A stretch of DNA of 63,013 bases, the filler included, from Globobulimina sp. (taxonomy: Eukaryota), in NCBI GenBank assembly GCA_003354225.1. It is 25 parts of 25 records of this genome, joined end to end, with 100 filler letters (N's around TTAATTAATTAA, not from the genome) between each part and the next. Parts side by side here need not be neighbours in the genome. Positions count along the whole stretch, not along the records: positions 35,357 to 37,780 come from PIVH01006760.1; positions 37,881 to 40,304 come from PIVH01006761.1; positions 40,405 to 42,828 come from PIVH01006762.1; positions 42,929 to 45,352 come from PIVH01006763.1; positions 45,453 to 47,875 come from PIVH01006764.1; positions 47,976 to 50,398 come from PIVH01006765.1; 19 more parts are not named here. One strand, written 5' to 3'. The translations under genes and the position numbers were made by a program. The stretch's first letter is position 1. Every line of letters begins with the position of its first letter. Under the pieces are notes generated by a model, which worked only from the letters and a program-made list of their open reading frames with translations, had not been told where the DNA came from and did not search any database. This document shows positions 35,357-48,364 of the stretch, in pieces.

Positions 35357-36977
35357 TCCGCCTGATTATTACTGTTCCCATTCTCCTCCTCACTCGAATC
35401 ACTTCTTCCATTCCCATCAGAATCACTGTACGAATCGCCACTGTCTTGGTTTTTAACATCGTGCTTATACGGTCCGCTCGAGTCACTGTCCCCATCGCCA
35501 TTGGAATCCGAACCCGAATCACTATTACTACTCGAATCGCGCGATGCTTTTTGACCATTGCTACTGTCACTATTTCCATCCCCATTGCTATCAGAGCCAG
35601 AATCGTCAGACGAGTCACTGTTGCCATCGCCATTCGAATCGCTGCCAGAATCACTCACAGAATTCGAATTGGAATTATCTGCGCCATCCGTCGACGAGTC
35701 ACTGTTGCCGTCTCCATTCGAGTCACTGCCGGAGTCGCTGTTGTCGTTCGCATTGCGCTCCTTATAATTGCCAGAAGAGTCGCTGTCGCCATCATTGTTA
35801 CTGTCACTGCCGGAATCGCCACTTTCTGACTCTTTGCCTTTGCTCGAATCGCTGTCCCCGTCGTTGTTGCTGTCGCTGTCAGAGTCGCTGCTGGAATTAC
35901 TTAGGGAGACATCCTGTGGATTGTTACTCGAATCAGAGGATCCGTCGCCGTTGGAATCACTGCCAGAGTCATCCGACGAATCACTGTTGCCGTCGCCGTT
36001 GGAGTCGCTGCCGGAGTCACTCTCAGAATTAGAGTTGGATCGATCTTCGCCATTGGTCGACGAGTCGCTGTCGCCGTCGCCGTTGCTGTCACTGCCAGAG
36101 TCACTGTAGCCGTATTTCTTATTATGGCCGGAAGAGTCGCTGTCGCCATCTCCATCACTGTCGCTGCCAGAGTCGCCTGATTCTGATTCCTTACCTGTCA
36201 CATGTACAAATTATGCAAATTACATATACAAATTGTGTTAAATATACGTATACCTAATGAAGAGTCACTGTCTCCATCGCCGTCACTGTCTGAGCCCGAA
36301 TCACTGTTTCCCACACTATCACCTTTACGATTGCCATGCATCACATCGGAGCTCGAATAATCTAATTTATTATTACTGGAATCTGACGAGCCATCACCGT
36401 TGGAATCACTGCCAGAGTCATCCGACGAGTCACTGTTGCCATCATTGTTGGAATCGCTGCCTGAATCGGATTGGGAAACAGAGACAGAACCATCCTGTCC
36501 ATTGTCGGAGGAGTCACTGTCGCCGTCGCCGTCTGAATCACTGCTCGAGTCACCACTGGCCACCGCATTGGCTTTTTCTGAGGAGTCGCTGTTGCCATCT
36601 TTCTTATTACCGTTACCGCTGTTGCCTGCACGGCCTGAATCACTGCCGGAATCTCCACTGTCGCCTTCTTTGCCTTTGGAAGAATCCGAATCGCCATCAT
36701 TGTCACTGTCTGATCCGGAATCGCCACCGGCGGAGATATTATTTGAGTCGTCTGATGAATCACTGTCGCCGTCGCCGTTGGAGTCACTGCCTGAATCACT
36801 GATGGATTTGGAAAAGGACAAATCTCCACCGCCTACACGCGAGGAATCACTGTCGCCATCACCGTTACTATCACTACCAGAGTCGACCGATACATCGTTG
36901 GTTTTTCTGGGTGCTGACGATACGGGAATTGATGTTAACTGAATGCAGACTAACAACACTAAAATTATTTTAAACAT
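35357..36977 (-). CDS. Secreted Ser/Asp/Gly-rich acidic repeat protein; intron 36195-36253; 3'-partial
   Basis: Signal peptide MFKIILVLLVCIQLTSIPVSS; a 59-nt GT-AG intron joins the two ORFs in frame (SSL-G-KESES); ~18 copies of DSGSDS(N/D)(G/N)DG(D/N/S)SDSS. Confidence 0.85.
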
Positions 36978-38237
36978 GGCTGATTTGCTTTTTTTTGTAT
37001 ATTCGCAACACGAATTTCGGAGGATTTGCTGTTTTAGTCCGGATTAAATGGGTGAAGAGTTGAAGAAGAGAGGGTTGAGTTTTTTAGAGTTGATGTTTTT
37101 TGTAGATTTTTACACCTTGTGTTAATCGTATCACCCATCAACACCACGACTTTTTCGTATGTTTCGTAGTTTAAATATTTAATTACTGCTACAGGTACAA
37201 TATATTGCGCAATATAAGAACAACCCCTTAGTTATAAGACCGATTTCGAATATGACGAATCACAACTTAGTTTACAAAGAACTGATGTATATCATACAAG
37301 AATAACCGCAGCAATGCACAAAGTACCACCCGTTCCATTAGGATTAGATGGGACATTTGGTATGGTTTTAATAGCTACGCTTGGAACAAATGGTTACTAT
37401 CCATTATGTTTGCAGATGTAATATTACTCCGATCATAATATTCCGTTATTTCATGAGCATCCAAGCTGTAACTATTGGTGGTGAGTAAAAATATAAGCTT
37501 TTAATTCAATTTTACTGGCTTTTTGTGTGTGGTCTGGCTTTTTGTGTGTCGAATACATGAATTTCAATACGATATGAATTAGAATATAATAGATACAATA
37601 CAAAAAGAAAGAAATTGAACATGAAACAAAAGCATTCAAACTTAAAATCAATGAAGAAAATAGAGTTAAATTAGAAAAGCAAGAAACTGAATTGCAACAA
37701 TTAAGAATTGGAAAATTAGATATTATAAAAAAACATTGTTTTAATGAGTTTAATAAATTATGTGATGCAAATTGCGTGAANNNNNNNNNNNNNNNNNNNN
37801 NNNNNNNNNNNNNNNNNNNNNNNNTTAATTAATTAANNNNNNNNNNNNNNNNNNNNNNNNNNNNNNNNNNNNNNNNNNNNTCAATGTTTTTATTTTGAAT
37901 AATCTGTAAAAAACTGTAAATTCAAAGAGTTTACAGTAAGAACAGTAATTTCAAACTGAAAAGCAAAAAGTTAAATGTTACCTTTAACATTTTATTATTA
38001 ACCTATTTTCCTTCCAATTGGTTACAATCATTTGATGAACAAAGATGTGGGATTTTCTACTGTGAAAGTTGTAGCTGAGAATATCTTAACCACTTCAATT
38101 AACAACAAATAACAATCCTATATTACAACAATCAAAGTCCACATTCGAATTAATTAAAGAGAATTCATTGCAACTTTAGATAATAATTCGTATTCATTAA
38201 TTCAACAATTCACATATTCAACGCGTCGGTTTCCTTA

Positions 38238-40016
38238 ATGGCAACTCTTTGTTTCTTGTCTGTATTCATTGGCTATGTTTATAGTAAAAATATTTATTGT
38301 TACAATGCGTCTGAATGTGCGGGAGATATAGATATTGGAAGTAACAGTAATGATACTGTCTATGGTTATGGTTATAAGAGTTTATTCCAATCCACATCAT
38401 CTAACACAGATACTCGTCATTGTGATGGTGCATTATCCTGCAAAGAAACCCCATTTATTGATACATATAACATTTATTGTTATGGAACATCTTCATGCTC
38501 AAATACTGCACACATTAAAGCAACAAATTATATCTCAGGAAAGGGAGCAAACTCATTAATGAATACAAATATATCAATAAAAGGGTTAATTTCTTGTGAT
38601 GGTGATAAATCATGCGCACATTCAACAAGTTCATCAATTAATGGTTTATCTTTATATGCAAGAGGAGCATTATCATTATTTGCAACAACAATAAATATTA
38701 CATCTGGTACTTTTGACGCATATTTTAATGGATATTATGCAGGATATCAAGCCACTATTAATTGTGAAGCAGGAAGTGTTTGTAATATACATTGTTATTA
38801 TAATGGATGCGGTGGACTGTCAGTAATATGCGATGACAATGCACAGTGTAATATTAGTAATGAAAGTGTTTTTTCATTGTCGCCAAACACCGGTTTAAAA
38901 TTGGTAAGTTATGTTATCATTTAATCCGACCACAAAAACATATATACGTATACTAATATATATTTTATAAATTAAATTAAAACAGAATAGAACAGAAATT
39001 TTATTTTCGAATTCGACACAAATAACAACAACGAATGAAGACCAATGTTCAAAACAAATAGCTGATAAAACATTTGATAATCATCGAGAACATCATTCTG
39101 GAAAAGATCTTATTTACACAACAAATGTTGGACCAATATGTTTCAGAGCAGCAGAGGCATGCCGTGGTTCTTTAATATCATATGATAGCAATGGAGCGTC
39201 TGTCGTATGCAGTGGATATCTTTCATGTCAGTTGTATACAGATATAATATCCAATAGTACTGATTTAATGGTTGAATGTTCTGCTGCCATGGCATGTGTT
39301 TCTGGATCTATTGCTGGAAATGGAGGGACTGTATATTGTTATGGGGAAAGCTCATGTGTTTACACAACAATAACAAAAATATCACATATTTATTGTACTG
39401 CTTACTATTCATGCTATAATGCAAATATTACAAGCTCAGGAATGAATGTTACTGTATATTTAACAGGTCTGATATCTGGTTTCTATGCATCAATAACTTG
39501 CAATGAAAACGATCATTGTACCATATTATGCGAAGCATATCAAGCTTGTGAAGACATGATTTTATATTGTTATGGAACATGTTTTGTTGAATGTAATCAA
39601 GACACAGGATGCCCAAAGGTGTTGACTGCGAATCCAACTACAAAACCGACATCAAATCCAACTACAAATCCGACATCAAATCCAACTGTAAATCCGACAT
39701 CAAATGTTACAACAAAGCAAAGAGGTATTTATAATGTACATATTTGCGTATATTAATTATTGATATACATATTAAATTAAATTAAGTGAATACAAAAGCA
39801 ATTATAATCGTTGCAGTCGCAGTGTGTGTATTTTTTGGAACAATTTGTGTATTTCGTTACATGAATAAAAAGAAAGCAGCAAATTGTAATGCATTGGATG
39901 TGTTGCCATCTGAACAAGAGATTGAAACGGATAATAATACTTTAACAGAATTGCGAACGTCCCAATCAATACAAATGGTAACATATGATTCTAATAATTA
40001 TAATGATGTCATTTAA
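38238..40016 (+). CDS. Cys-rich type I surface protein (C-x-G-x-x-(S/A)C repeats, NPTx stalk, TM); two introns (~38900-38990 and 39725-39786)
   Basis: Signal peptide; repeated CxGxxSC/CxAxxAC; NPTTKPTSNPT stalk; last exon encodes TM IIIVAVAVCVFFGTICVF; GT-AG junctions restore the frame. Confidence 0.75.
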
Positions 40017-40404
40017 GACAAATTTCTTGCATAAATATTGATTATTCTTTTTGTGTTAGAAAACACTTCGTTTTTAAAAAAAGAACTTTGTACATGTTTA
40101 CCCAAAAAAAGCAGTAAAAGTTTTATAGGGTTGACCACACTAACTCTTTCGTCATTTTGCTTGCTTTGTGCGAGCTAGTCCATTTTTTTGGTCCACTTTG
40201 GTCCACGGTAAATCAGATTTGGTCCAAATTGGTCCCAACTAGTCCAACTAGTTGACCAAATTTTATGGACTAAACCAACATTATATGAATTAAACCAAAT
40301 TTATNNNNNNNNNNNNNNNNNNNNNNNNNNNNNNNNNNNNNNNNNNNNTTAATTAATTAANNNNNNNNNNNNNNNNNNNNNNNNNNNNNNNNNNNNNNNN
40401 NNNN

Positions 40405-42341
40405 GCAATAATTTGAGCGGCAACATGTTTTATAAGAAACATATAGAATTCAAAAACAGTGTGAAGTTTGCGAAAATGTTCAAATCCACAAACAAGTACA
40501 AGAAAAAAGATTGGACCAAAATATATCAGCTGATTAACAGATGGAATCCAAAGTTGTATGATAAAGAAAAACATGAACACGCGGATGAAATGAAAACTAT
40601 ATCGATATTCAATGAATCATTGCCACAAATGGATGAAGATAAATATGATGGAAAAGATAACGAAACAATGCCATCGCCAATGATATATAATGAGGGGGTT
40701 TATTTTTGGTATTGGAAACAGAAAGATTTGCCATCGCAGCATGCTACATTTATAGAGAAAATGTATGAGGATTTAAAAAAAGAATTACTGAGTAAAGAAA
40801 TGACACAGAGACAATGGAATTGTTTGTGGGCGGAATGTGAAACGTTACAAAAGAGTGATAAAATAAAAGCAATTGTATCAAATGGCAATGATCAGAGTAT
40901 ATATGGGATGAAGTTGGATAATATAATATCAATAAGACATTTAATAGCAATCAAATTATACACCGATTATACGCAGCAATGCAAAAGATTTTGTACTGCG
41001 TTTAGATTGAAAAAATTAGCAAGGAATTCATATGAAACAATTACATCGCTGGCACATAGAAATCGGCAATTTGCAAATTGGGCTAAATTATTGGTTGAAT
41101 GCGTACAATGTTATGGTCAGCTGCTAATCGCAAGAAACAATAAATATTATCGTGGTATTGATCGAGAGTTTATATTTCCGCGATTTATTGCTCGTTTTCA
41201 TGCGCCATTGAGTACAACAACTAAGTTTCGAAAAGCTGTTGAATTTGCAGATGGTGCGGCTGGCATAGTTATTGAATTAAGAAAATATAGCGATGTTACA
41301 GATGTGTCCTGTTTCGATTGCTCGTATATCTCAGATTTTGATTCGGAGCGAGAAGTCTTATTTTTTGGTGGCGATTCTATATTAGAAATATCTTCAATTT
41401 GTCAATGGTATAATAACATTTGGACACAGTATAGAAAGTATCTTAAAGCAATTCTTTGTATTACAGAATTAATTAAAGGCATAATTGGTATACAAGAAAT
41501 CTCAGCGAATACTAAAATATTAATGCATGACATGGTTCAATATACATTGGATTCCGAAAGAGAATCTCCATTACCACCATATATAGAAACATTACTAAAT
41601 TATCAATTGGACCATATGCCGAAACAAATCATTTGCAATTTTGAAGAGATTGTGAGTGATTCTCAGATATTTGTAAGACTCGTACGTGGAGAACAGGGCC
41701 CAGACACATTGAATATTGCGAATGTATGCAATTTCTTCAGAAACTGTGATCATATAATTTTTGATATGCCGGATAGATTTATTATGAATGATGAACATTG
41801 TAAAGTATTAATTGAGGATATAAAGAAAATATTAAATATTCATATTACATTAACGTTTGAATGGACAAATATGTTGGTTCCACTCAAAAACCAAGCAATA
41901 ATGGATAAATATAAGAAACAATTTGACAGCATTCCTACAAATATAAATTATGGCATAATGTCAATAATTATTACTAAAACCTGCTATCCAACTTGTAAAG
42001 AATGTGCAGAAGATATCGTTGGGTTAACAGTCTCAGTATTACAAGACATTGACAGAAAGGAAGATATCGATGGTTTAATAGCCTCAGCATTACAAGACAT
42101 TGAAATAAAGGAAGGAATGAATGACACACAAACGAATTCAAATAAAAACGACGACCAAAACCACCTAAATAATTCACACGAAATGGTACATTCGAGACCG
42201 AAATTCACCGCTCGAAACAACCTATCTTCGACAGGTTCAAATGAAACAAATCAGTCAATTGTATCCACCACACCGCAGAATCAGTCAATTGTATCCACAA
42301 CACCGCCGTTATGCATGCACTCCACATGTCCAAAATATTAG
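40405..42341 (+). CDS. Protein with an R-S-E type ADP-ribosyltransferase-like domain, 5'-partial
   Basis: AIKLYTDY, YYRGI (R), PLSTT (S), SDFDSEREVLF (ExE). Confidence 0.65.
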
Positions 42342-42828
42342 CACCGCCAAACAGTCTCTCCAAAATTTAAAAAGCTGCCTCAAAAAAATTGGTGATATCT
42401 TATCCGAAGTGGACGAAGATAAAAATGGAGAGATTGATTATGAAGAATTTCAAGAAGGGCTAAGGAACATTGATAGCAATTTATTACCAAATGAAATTGA
42501 ACAAATCTATCAACATTTTGTCTGGGATGAATTTGAGGAATTAAATATTAAGTTATTTGTAAATTTTTTATTTCAACGATGTAAAAAGAATGAAACTTTA
42601 AAAAATACCACTATTTCACCCAAATATATCTTACATATTGCCTTTAAATCTGATGAATTTCGTGATAAATCATCACCATCGATATCAAACTTACCCACCA
42701 CGCATGCCAATAAATTGAATAAAATCTATGAAATTTTGACGGAAAAAGATGACAATGATGATTTATTTATTGATTGGGAAGAATTCGCGGAAGCTATGAT
42801 CGATTTAGGCGTAAAAATGAGCAGAAAT
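42340..42828 (+). CDS. EF-hand region, probably the C-terminal continuation of the preceding gene in another frame
   Basis: DEDKNGEIDYEEF is a canonical EF loop; second loop DDNDDLFIDWEEF; no separate start context. Confidence 0.75.
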
Positions 42829-43224
42829 NNNNNNNNNNNNNNNNNNNNNNNNNNNNNNNNNNNNNNNNNNNNTTAATTAATTAANNNNNNNNNNNNNNNN
42901 NNNNNNNNNNNNNNNNNNNNNNNNNNNNATTTCTTATTATATTTATAATAATGATAACATATCGTTAACTCATCAAAATCACCCGACTGAGCACTTAAAT
43001 AATCAGTTTCTGATTGATCAGAATATCCAAAATCTGAATAAACGCCGGAAGGAAAATAGGATTTATTGACCGCGCTGTCATAATTTATATTAAATTATTA
43101 TTTAGTTTACATGTATTGGCTCGCTTATATATTAAATGTTTATAATGCTCATATTTCGATATATTCTCTATGGATATTGAGTGAGTTTTAGTATCAGAAA
43201 ACTGGAACTTACTTGAAATTAAAC

Positions 43225-44079
43225 ATGCCACCGTCAGGCGAGTCTCTACCTGTTTGGACGGCTGCCTTTTTCATTCCACTCTACATAATTATGTTCGTTT
43301 TGTGCATGGAATTAAGTCGTCGATTTCGTATAATGCAAGTGCTGTTGTATTGGATAATGCCACTCATATTAGGGCCCATATGTTTTCTTAATATTAACAG
43401 TGATTCATATTCAGCACTATTCTTCATCTATAAAATAGTGAGTGTGGTGAGTGTGGTTATGATCATCCAATTGATTCGACATCAATCCCCAAAATGGCTA
43501 CCCACATTAAAATGGGTTATATGTGCATTGTTCGTGGTAAATATATTGGAAGCAGTATTGTTTGGTGCTTTGGTAGCATTGCAAAGAAAGATGTTTCCAG
43601 GCAATGCCTTATTTGGCGTGATATTACTATTAATATTACCAAATCCATCACATATGAATAAGTCGACAGAGTATAACTGTGTGCAATGGCATATGGGTGT
43701 TTTGTGGATAATAGTACATAGTTTATGGGATACAGTATTTGTGTATGATATGTGGTGCTATCCATCCGGGCTTGCTGTGTCCATGTATCATTTGGGTGTT
43801 CCGTTAGTAATGGCGTGGTGGGCGGGTTTTGATGAATGGCTGCAATTCAGAGCGTATTCTTTATGTTTAACTTTGTGGGCGGTGCAAGCCGAAGACTCAT
43901 TATATTATTCATTACCATACTTTTCGTTTCAAGGCCATCAGAGACAATGTTGGCATCCATTGCAATTTGTACTCAATATTGCGACATTTCTAATTGGTAT
44001 AATAATGTTAATCAAACATATCTATGATGAAATTTATAATCGAAAATATCAATGTTTATACGGTGCGACATTGATCTAA
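43225..44079 (+). CDS. Multi-pass membrane protein resembling the DUF5692 family
   Basis: About 8 TM segments; F..YK..SV, VNILEAV, GNALFG, WIIVHSLWD..FVY, WLQFRAYSL; family match is from recall, not from a search. Confidence 0.55.
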   Translation: MPPSGESLPVWTAAFFIPLYIIMFVLCMELSRRFRIMQVLLYWIMPLILGPICFLNINSDSYSALFFIYKIVSVVSVVMIIQLIRHQSPKWLPTLKWVICALFVVNILEAVLFGALVALQRKMFPGNALFGVILLLILPNPSHMNKSTEYNCVQWHMGVLWIIVHSLWDTVFVYDMWCYPSGLAVSMYHLGVPLVMAWWAGFDEWLQFRAYSLCLTLWAVQAEDSLYYSLPYFSFQGHQRQCWHPLQFVLNIATFLIGIIMLIKHIYDEIYNRKYQCLYGATLI

Positions 44080-44548
44080 TGCGTTATAAGAAAATATATG
44101 CAACAGCCGGACCTCGATCATGTTATTAATATACCAGCAGAGGAGGACAACTCTGAAGAAAATAATTTATTGTAGATGCATGTAAATAATCTAATCTGTA
44201 CAGTGTATTTTATGTAAAATAGTGACATTTTATATTTGTATATCCTTGCACTCTCACTCTAATACAACCACTCAAAAAGCAAGCAAAATGACGAAAGAGT
44301 CAGTGTGCTCAACCCTAGTTTTCAACGCTGTTTTGATTTCATAAAAACGCCAGAATAAGAATTCAAATGTAGAGAACAACAAAAAAGAAAAACATAAATT
44401 AATCTTAAAATAGAAATTTGAATAAATTATATATATAATTCAATGGATAGACTGCTATCTTGTTCATATTTTTTTTTCACTTGCGTACTTTTATGCATTT
44501 CTATTTCCTGTAATTGTGATGTATCCGTTACATGACTATTTTCCAGAT

Positions 44549-45352
44549 TCACGTCAATATCTGTCGGGATTTCAGAGCAATTTTAGACACACAACTTTTG
44601 TAGATGCAACACATACGTTTGATTTGGATGCCACTTGATTTGGAACCATATAATTCCCATTTTATTCTGGGTGCTATTCTGATTGATATTGATTTACTTT
44701 GCGGGCAGTTGGCATGCCAGGTCCTGAAGGTCATAAATGTTTGCTTGAAACAGAAAATCGAAAGAATGAATGAAGCGCCTTGGATTTGAGAATTTAGTGA
44801 AATGCGAATATCATTGCTTATGGTGATAACCGATGGGTCTTTTTTATCATTGGAATACATTAAAAGTGTGACTTGTATCCATAACACAAAGAAAATGACA
44901 GCGAATATTGTTGGCATTGCTATTTTTATTATTAATTTATTCATGTTATATGCATCGAGATTGAATATGCATGCAATGACCAACAAAAAATATGGAAGAG
45001 TCACCGCATTGGCAATTACTTCTAATTGCTTTATTTGTGTCCCGTCATAACTCATTACCACATTCAACATAAGCACGGAGGCAAAAAATATGACAACGTA
45101 ACTAATTTTGCCACCACACAGTTGGCTGATAATGCCACAACGGACATAAACGGGATAAAGCAAAAGCATATTAATGTGATATAGATATACAATGTCAATA
45201 TCGCAGGAAACGCGATCCTCAGAACAAAAACTAGTGTGCCCAGTGTAGACATAGTAGCAATGCTTATTTTATGTGATATCAATAAATGTAACTTATCACT
45301 GATGTTTTGACTAAATAATGAGTGCAACCACGTATCTTTTTCATCCAATAAT
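44549..45352 (-). CDS. Unknown multi-pass membrane protein split by a frameshift near 45090
   Basis: Two overlapping hydrophobic ORFs (45064-45348 and 44549-45169) switch frame near an A-run. Confidence 0.5.
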
Positions 45353-45452
45353 NNNNNNNNNNNNNNNNNNNNNNNNNNNNNNNNNNNNNNNNNNNNTTAA
45401 TTAATTAANNNNNNNNNNNNNNNNNNNNNNNNNNNNNNNNNNNNNNNNNNNN

Positions 45453-47767
45453 TATAGTTAATGGGTCATATCTATCCATTATTGGCGGAGATATCTATTA
45501 TCAAGGGAGATATTCGATATTTTTTATGTTCATTACAGGATATATATTCTGGCTCATATATGCATTCCATTGATTTATCCACAGAACAACAATGCAAAGT
45601 TATCACGCAAACATTTGTTAATTTATTAAAGTTTGCCACACCGACTCAGAAATATGACAATTTATTAGCTTCTCCAGTTGCTGATAAGCGCAAAACAGCG
45701 CCAATATCCGCTACAAAGAAAATGCAAAGAAAGACGTTAACGATGTCGATGTTTGGCAAAGCTAAGTCAGAGAGAACAAAAGCATCGTTTAAACCATTGC
45801 TTAAATTTGAAAAATTGCAAAGTTATGAAAGGAACGAGGTATATTCATCCATGGCTGCCAAAGATGAGGATACATTTGATTTTGATATTGGTGGGGAAGT
45901 GGAACATCAAGATCTAACGGCTTTGATTGATGGTAATGAATGTGATGATGACGAAAAAAAGATAGTTGATATCGATGCACTGGATGAAGATATCGATGAT
46001 ATAATAATAAAGGCTGAGGACAATCAGTTAGCGGACAGGCATAGTGGTGGCAGTGTGGATAGTTTGGCCTCTGAGTCTGATGAATCACTAAATATTAAAT
46101 TTTCGTTTATTAACAGACACATTACACAAATTAGTGAGAAATTATCAAGTGTTTCAGTTGAAGATCTGCCTAAAAATGTGCGTTTTGCATCGATGGTTGG
46201 AATTAAACAATACACTGTTTCAGAATCCATAGATTCGGAGAACTTCACAAGTTTATCATCGATGGGCAGTGTGACGGGGAGTATGGCGGAGTTACAAGCA
46301 TTGATGTATGAAGCGGGAATATCAGAGGGTGAGGAAGTTGATGATTGGACAGCGGCACCAACGACAAATAAGAATGGAACAATGTTAAATCTTTATGCAA
46401 ATTCTGGTATTACCCATCCATCGCAGATTGAATATAACGTATATGATTTTGTTGATGTACAAAGTACGGATCAGGAGGTTATTCAGATTATAATGCAACA
46501 ATATAAGCAAATCAGGTAAGAACTTAAAAATGTGATGTTTTCATACAAAAACAAATGTTTTTTATACTAAAAAATCGGAATATATAGTGATAAAAGAAAA
46601 TATCATGACGCAATTTATAATAAATTGTGTGAGAAGAAAGAGATAGCGGATAAATATGGATCAGGAGCCATACATTTTGAAGCAAAAGAACGTAAACAAT
46701 GCGATGAAGCAATTGAGAAAAGAATATCTGTGTTAAAACGATGGAAAGTGGATGTTGTAAAGAGTTATTGTTATGAACTGAAGGAAGATTTATTTACTTT
46801 TGATGAACAACAACAATTATATTTCTTTACACAGTTTAATACATTATCGCAATTATTATTAAATACATATTTTATGGATTCTATTTTTCATTCATTTGAT
46901 AAAGAGTTAAAACAAATGACTGGCAAAAAAATTAAAAGAATTACATTGTATGATATTAATAATTGTATGAATTCTCAAAATGATTCTTATTTTTTAATTG
47001 ATTTTCAATTTATATTTAAAGAATTAAGTCATATCACAGCAAATATTGCAAATATTAACGATAAATCGCTTCAATTTTTATGTGATAAATCACTGGATAT
47101 TATTAATAAATATTATGATGGTGAATATGTTACATTTTGTGCAAATGTTTTAATACAAATTATTTTAGAAATGATTGATGGTCATTCTACGCCAAATCCA
47201 TTGATAAATGATATAATGTCGGCAATAATATTGATAATTAATGACAAACAAATGTTTTTATCTTCATTATATAAGGAATTAGCAAATAATAGAAAACACG
47301 TTGAACGAATTATTGCCTGCATTGCATTGAATATGCCGCATACTCATAATAATGCATATGATTATATTATAAAAGTATGCTATCAGTTAAGCATTAAACA
47401 ATCGGTACAACATATAATTGGTGATTTTTATCGGTTTTTTTGGACTCAGAATCAGGATAAAGACAGTAGTAATAAACGATCCTCATCAAATAGAAATAGA
47501 TCCTCATCAAATAGATCATCGCGTACTGGCACCAATAGCTATAGGCTTATTTCCGACGGCAAACATATTAATAAAAGTAATAGGAGCAATAGAAGCAGTC
47601 GTCATCACCATCACCATCACCATCATCACAATAATCTCCGTCATCGTAAGCATCATAATCGGCAAAAATACACAAGGATAAATAATAAGAAAAAAGCCAC
47701 AAATAATAATAATGCTTACGGCTATTGCAGTACACTCGGTCCTTTGTTTGGTTCATTATGCACGTAA
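45453..47767 (+). CDS. Unknown protein, 5'-partial; intron 46516-46587; acidic middle, helical domain, Ser/Arg/His-rich tail
   Basis: A 72-nt GTAAG...ATATAG intron joins the 352-aa and 380-aa ORFs in frame. Confidence 0.65.
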
Positions 47768-47975
47768 TGGAATGAACAGCATTTTCAAATTAATTGTCGA
47801 GGGGAGCTATGCAGCCCCCATTCTGAACCCCCGCGAGATGTCCGAATTTTTTGAATAAACCCTCATCGATAATAANNNNNNNNNNNNNNNNNNNNNNNNN
47901 NNNNNNNNNNNNNNNNNNNTTAATTAATTAANNNNNNNNNNNNNNNNNNNNNNNNNNNNNNNNNNNNNNNNNNNN

Positions 47976-48121
47976 ATTCGTTCTAATTCGAATCTGTAGT
48001 CATCGCGTGATTCGATTAAAATTATACGCTGATTTTTAAATAATTTGGTGAATAGCAATGCGATGCAACATCCTGATAATCCAGCACCGACAACAACAAT
48101 GGCTTTGTTTTCTTGAGACAT
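47976..48121 (-). CDS. FAD-dependent monooxygenase N-terminus (kynurenine 3-monooxygenase-like), 3'-partial
   Basis: Rossmann motif IVVVGAGLSGCCIALL...IILIESRDDYR. Confidence 0.7.
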
Positions 48122-48364
48122 ACGCACTTTTTAATTTTCTGTGAGTGATTGACTGAAGCAGTAAAACTTGTGCACAAATACTAAGAAAAGAGATTTATTC
48201 TTTTTATATAAGAGTGCAAAACACAATTAAAACATAAATATTTTATAACAATTAAAAACCGCTTAAAAATTAAAAACATATATTATATTCAACAACATTT
48301 GAAAACTCCATCTGAAAAAATATGAATGCGGGCAACAAAAAATTAATAATTAATGACACTAAAA

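Noticed and set aside
35446-36942. Overlapping plus-strand and alternative-frame ORFs (ESLLPSP-rich, His/Cys-rich, TATA-rich)
   Set aside because: These are shadow frames of the repetitive Ser/Asp coding sequence.
35357-36977. Staphylococcal Sdr/Clf SD-repeat adhesin, or a CRISPR-like DNA repeat
   Set aside because: The gene has a spliceosomal intron, the repeat is a 15-aa motif rather than (SD)n, and conservation is at the protein level with variable codons.
37190-37780. Possible exons upstream of the acidic repeat gene
   Set aside because: Short open stretches with no start, no consistent splice model and no known motif.
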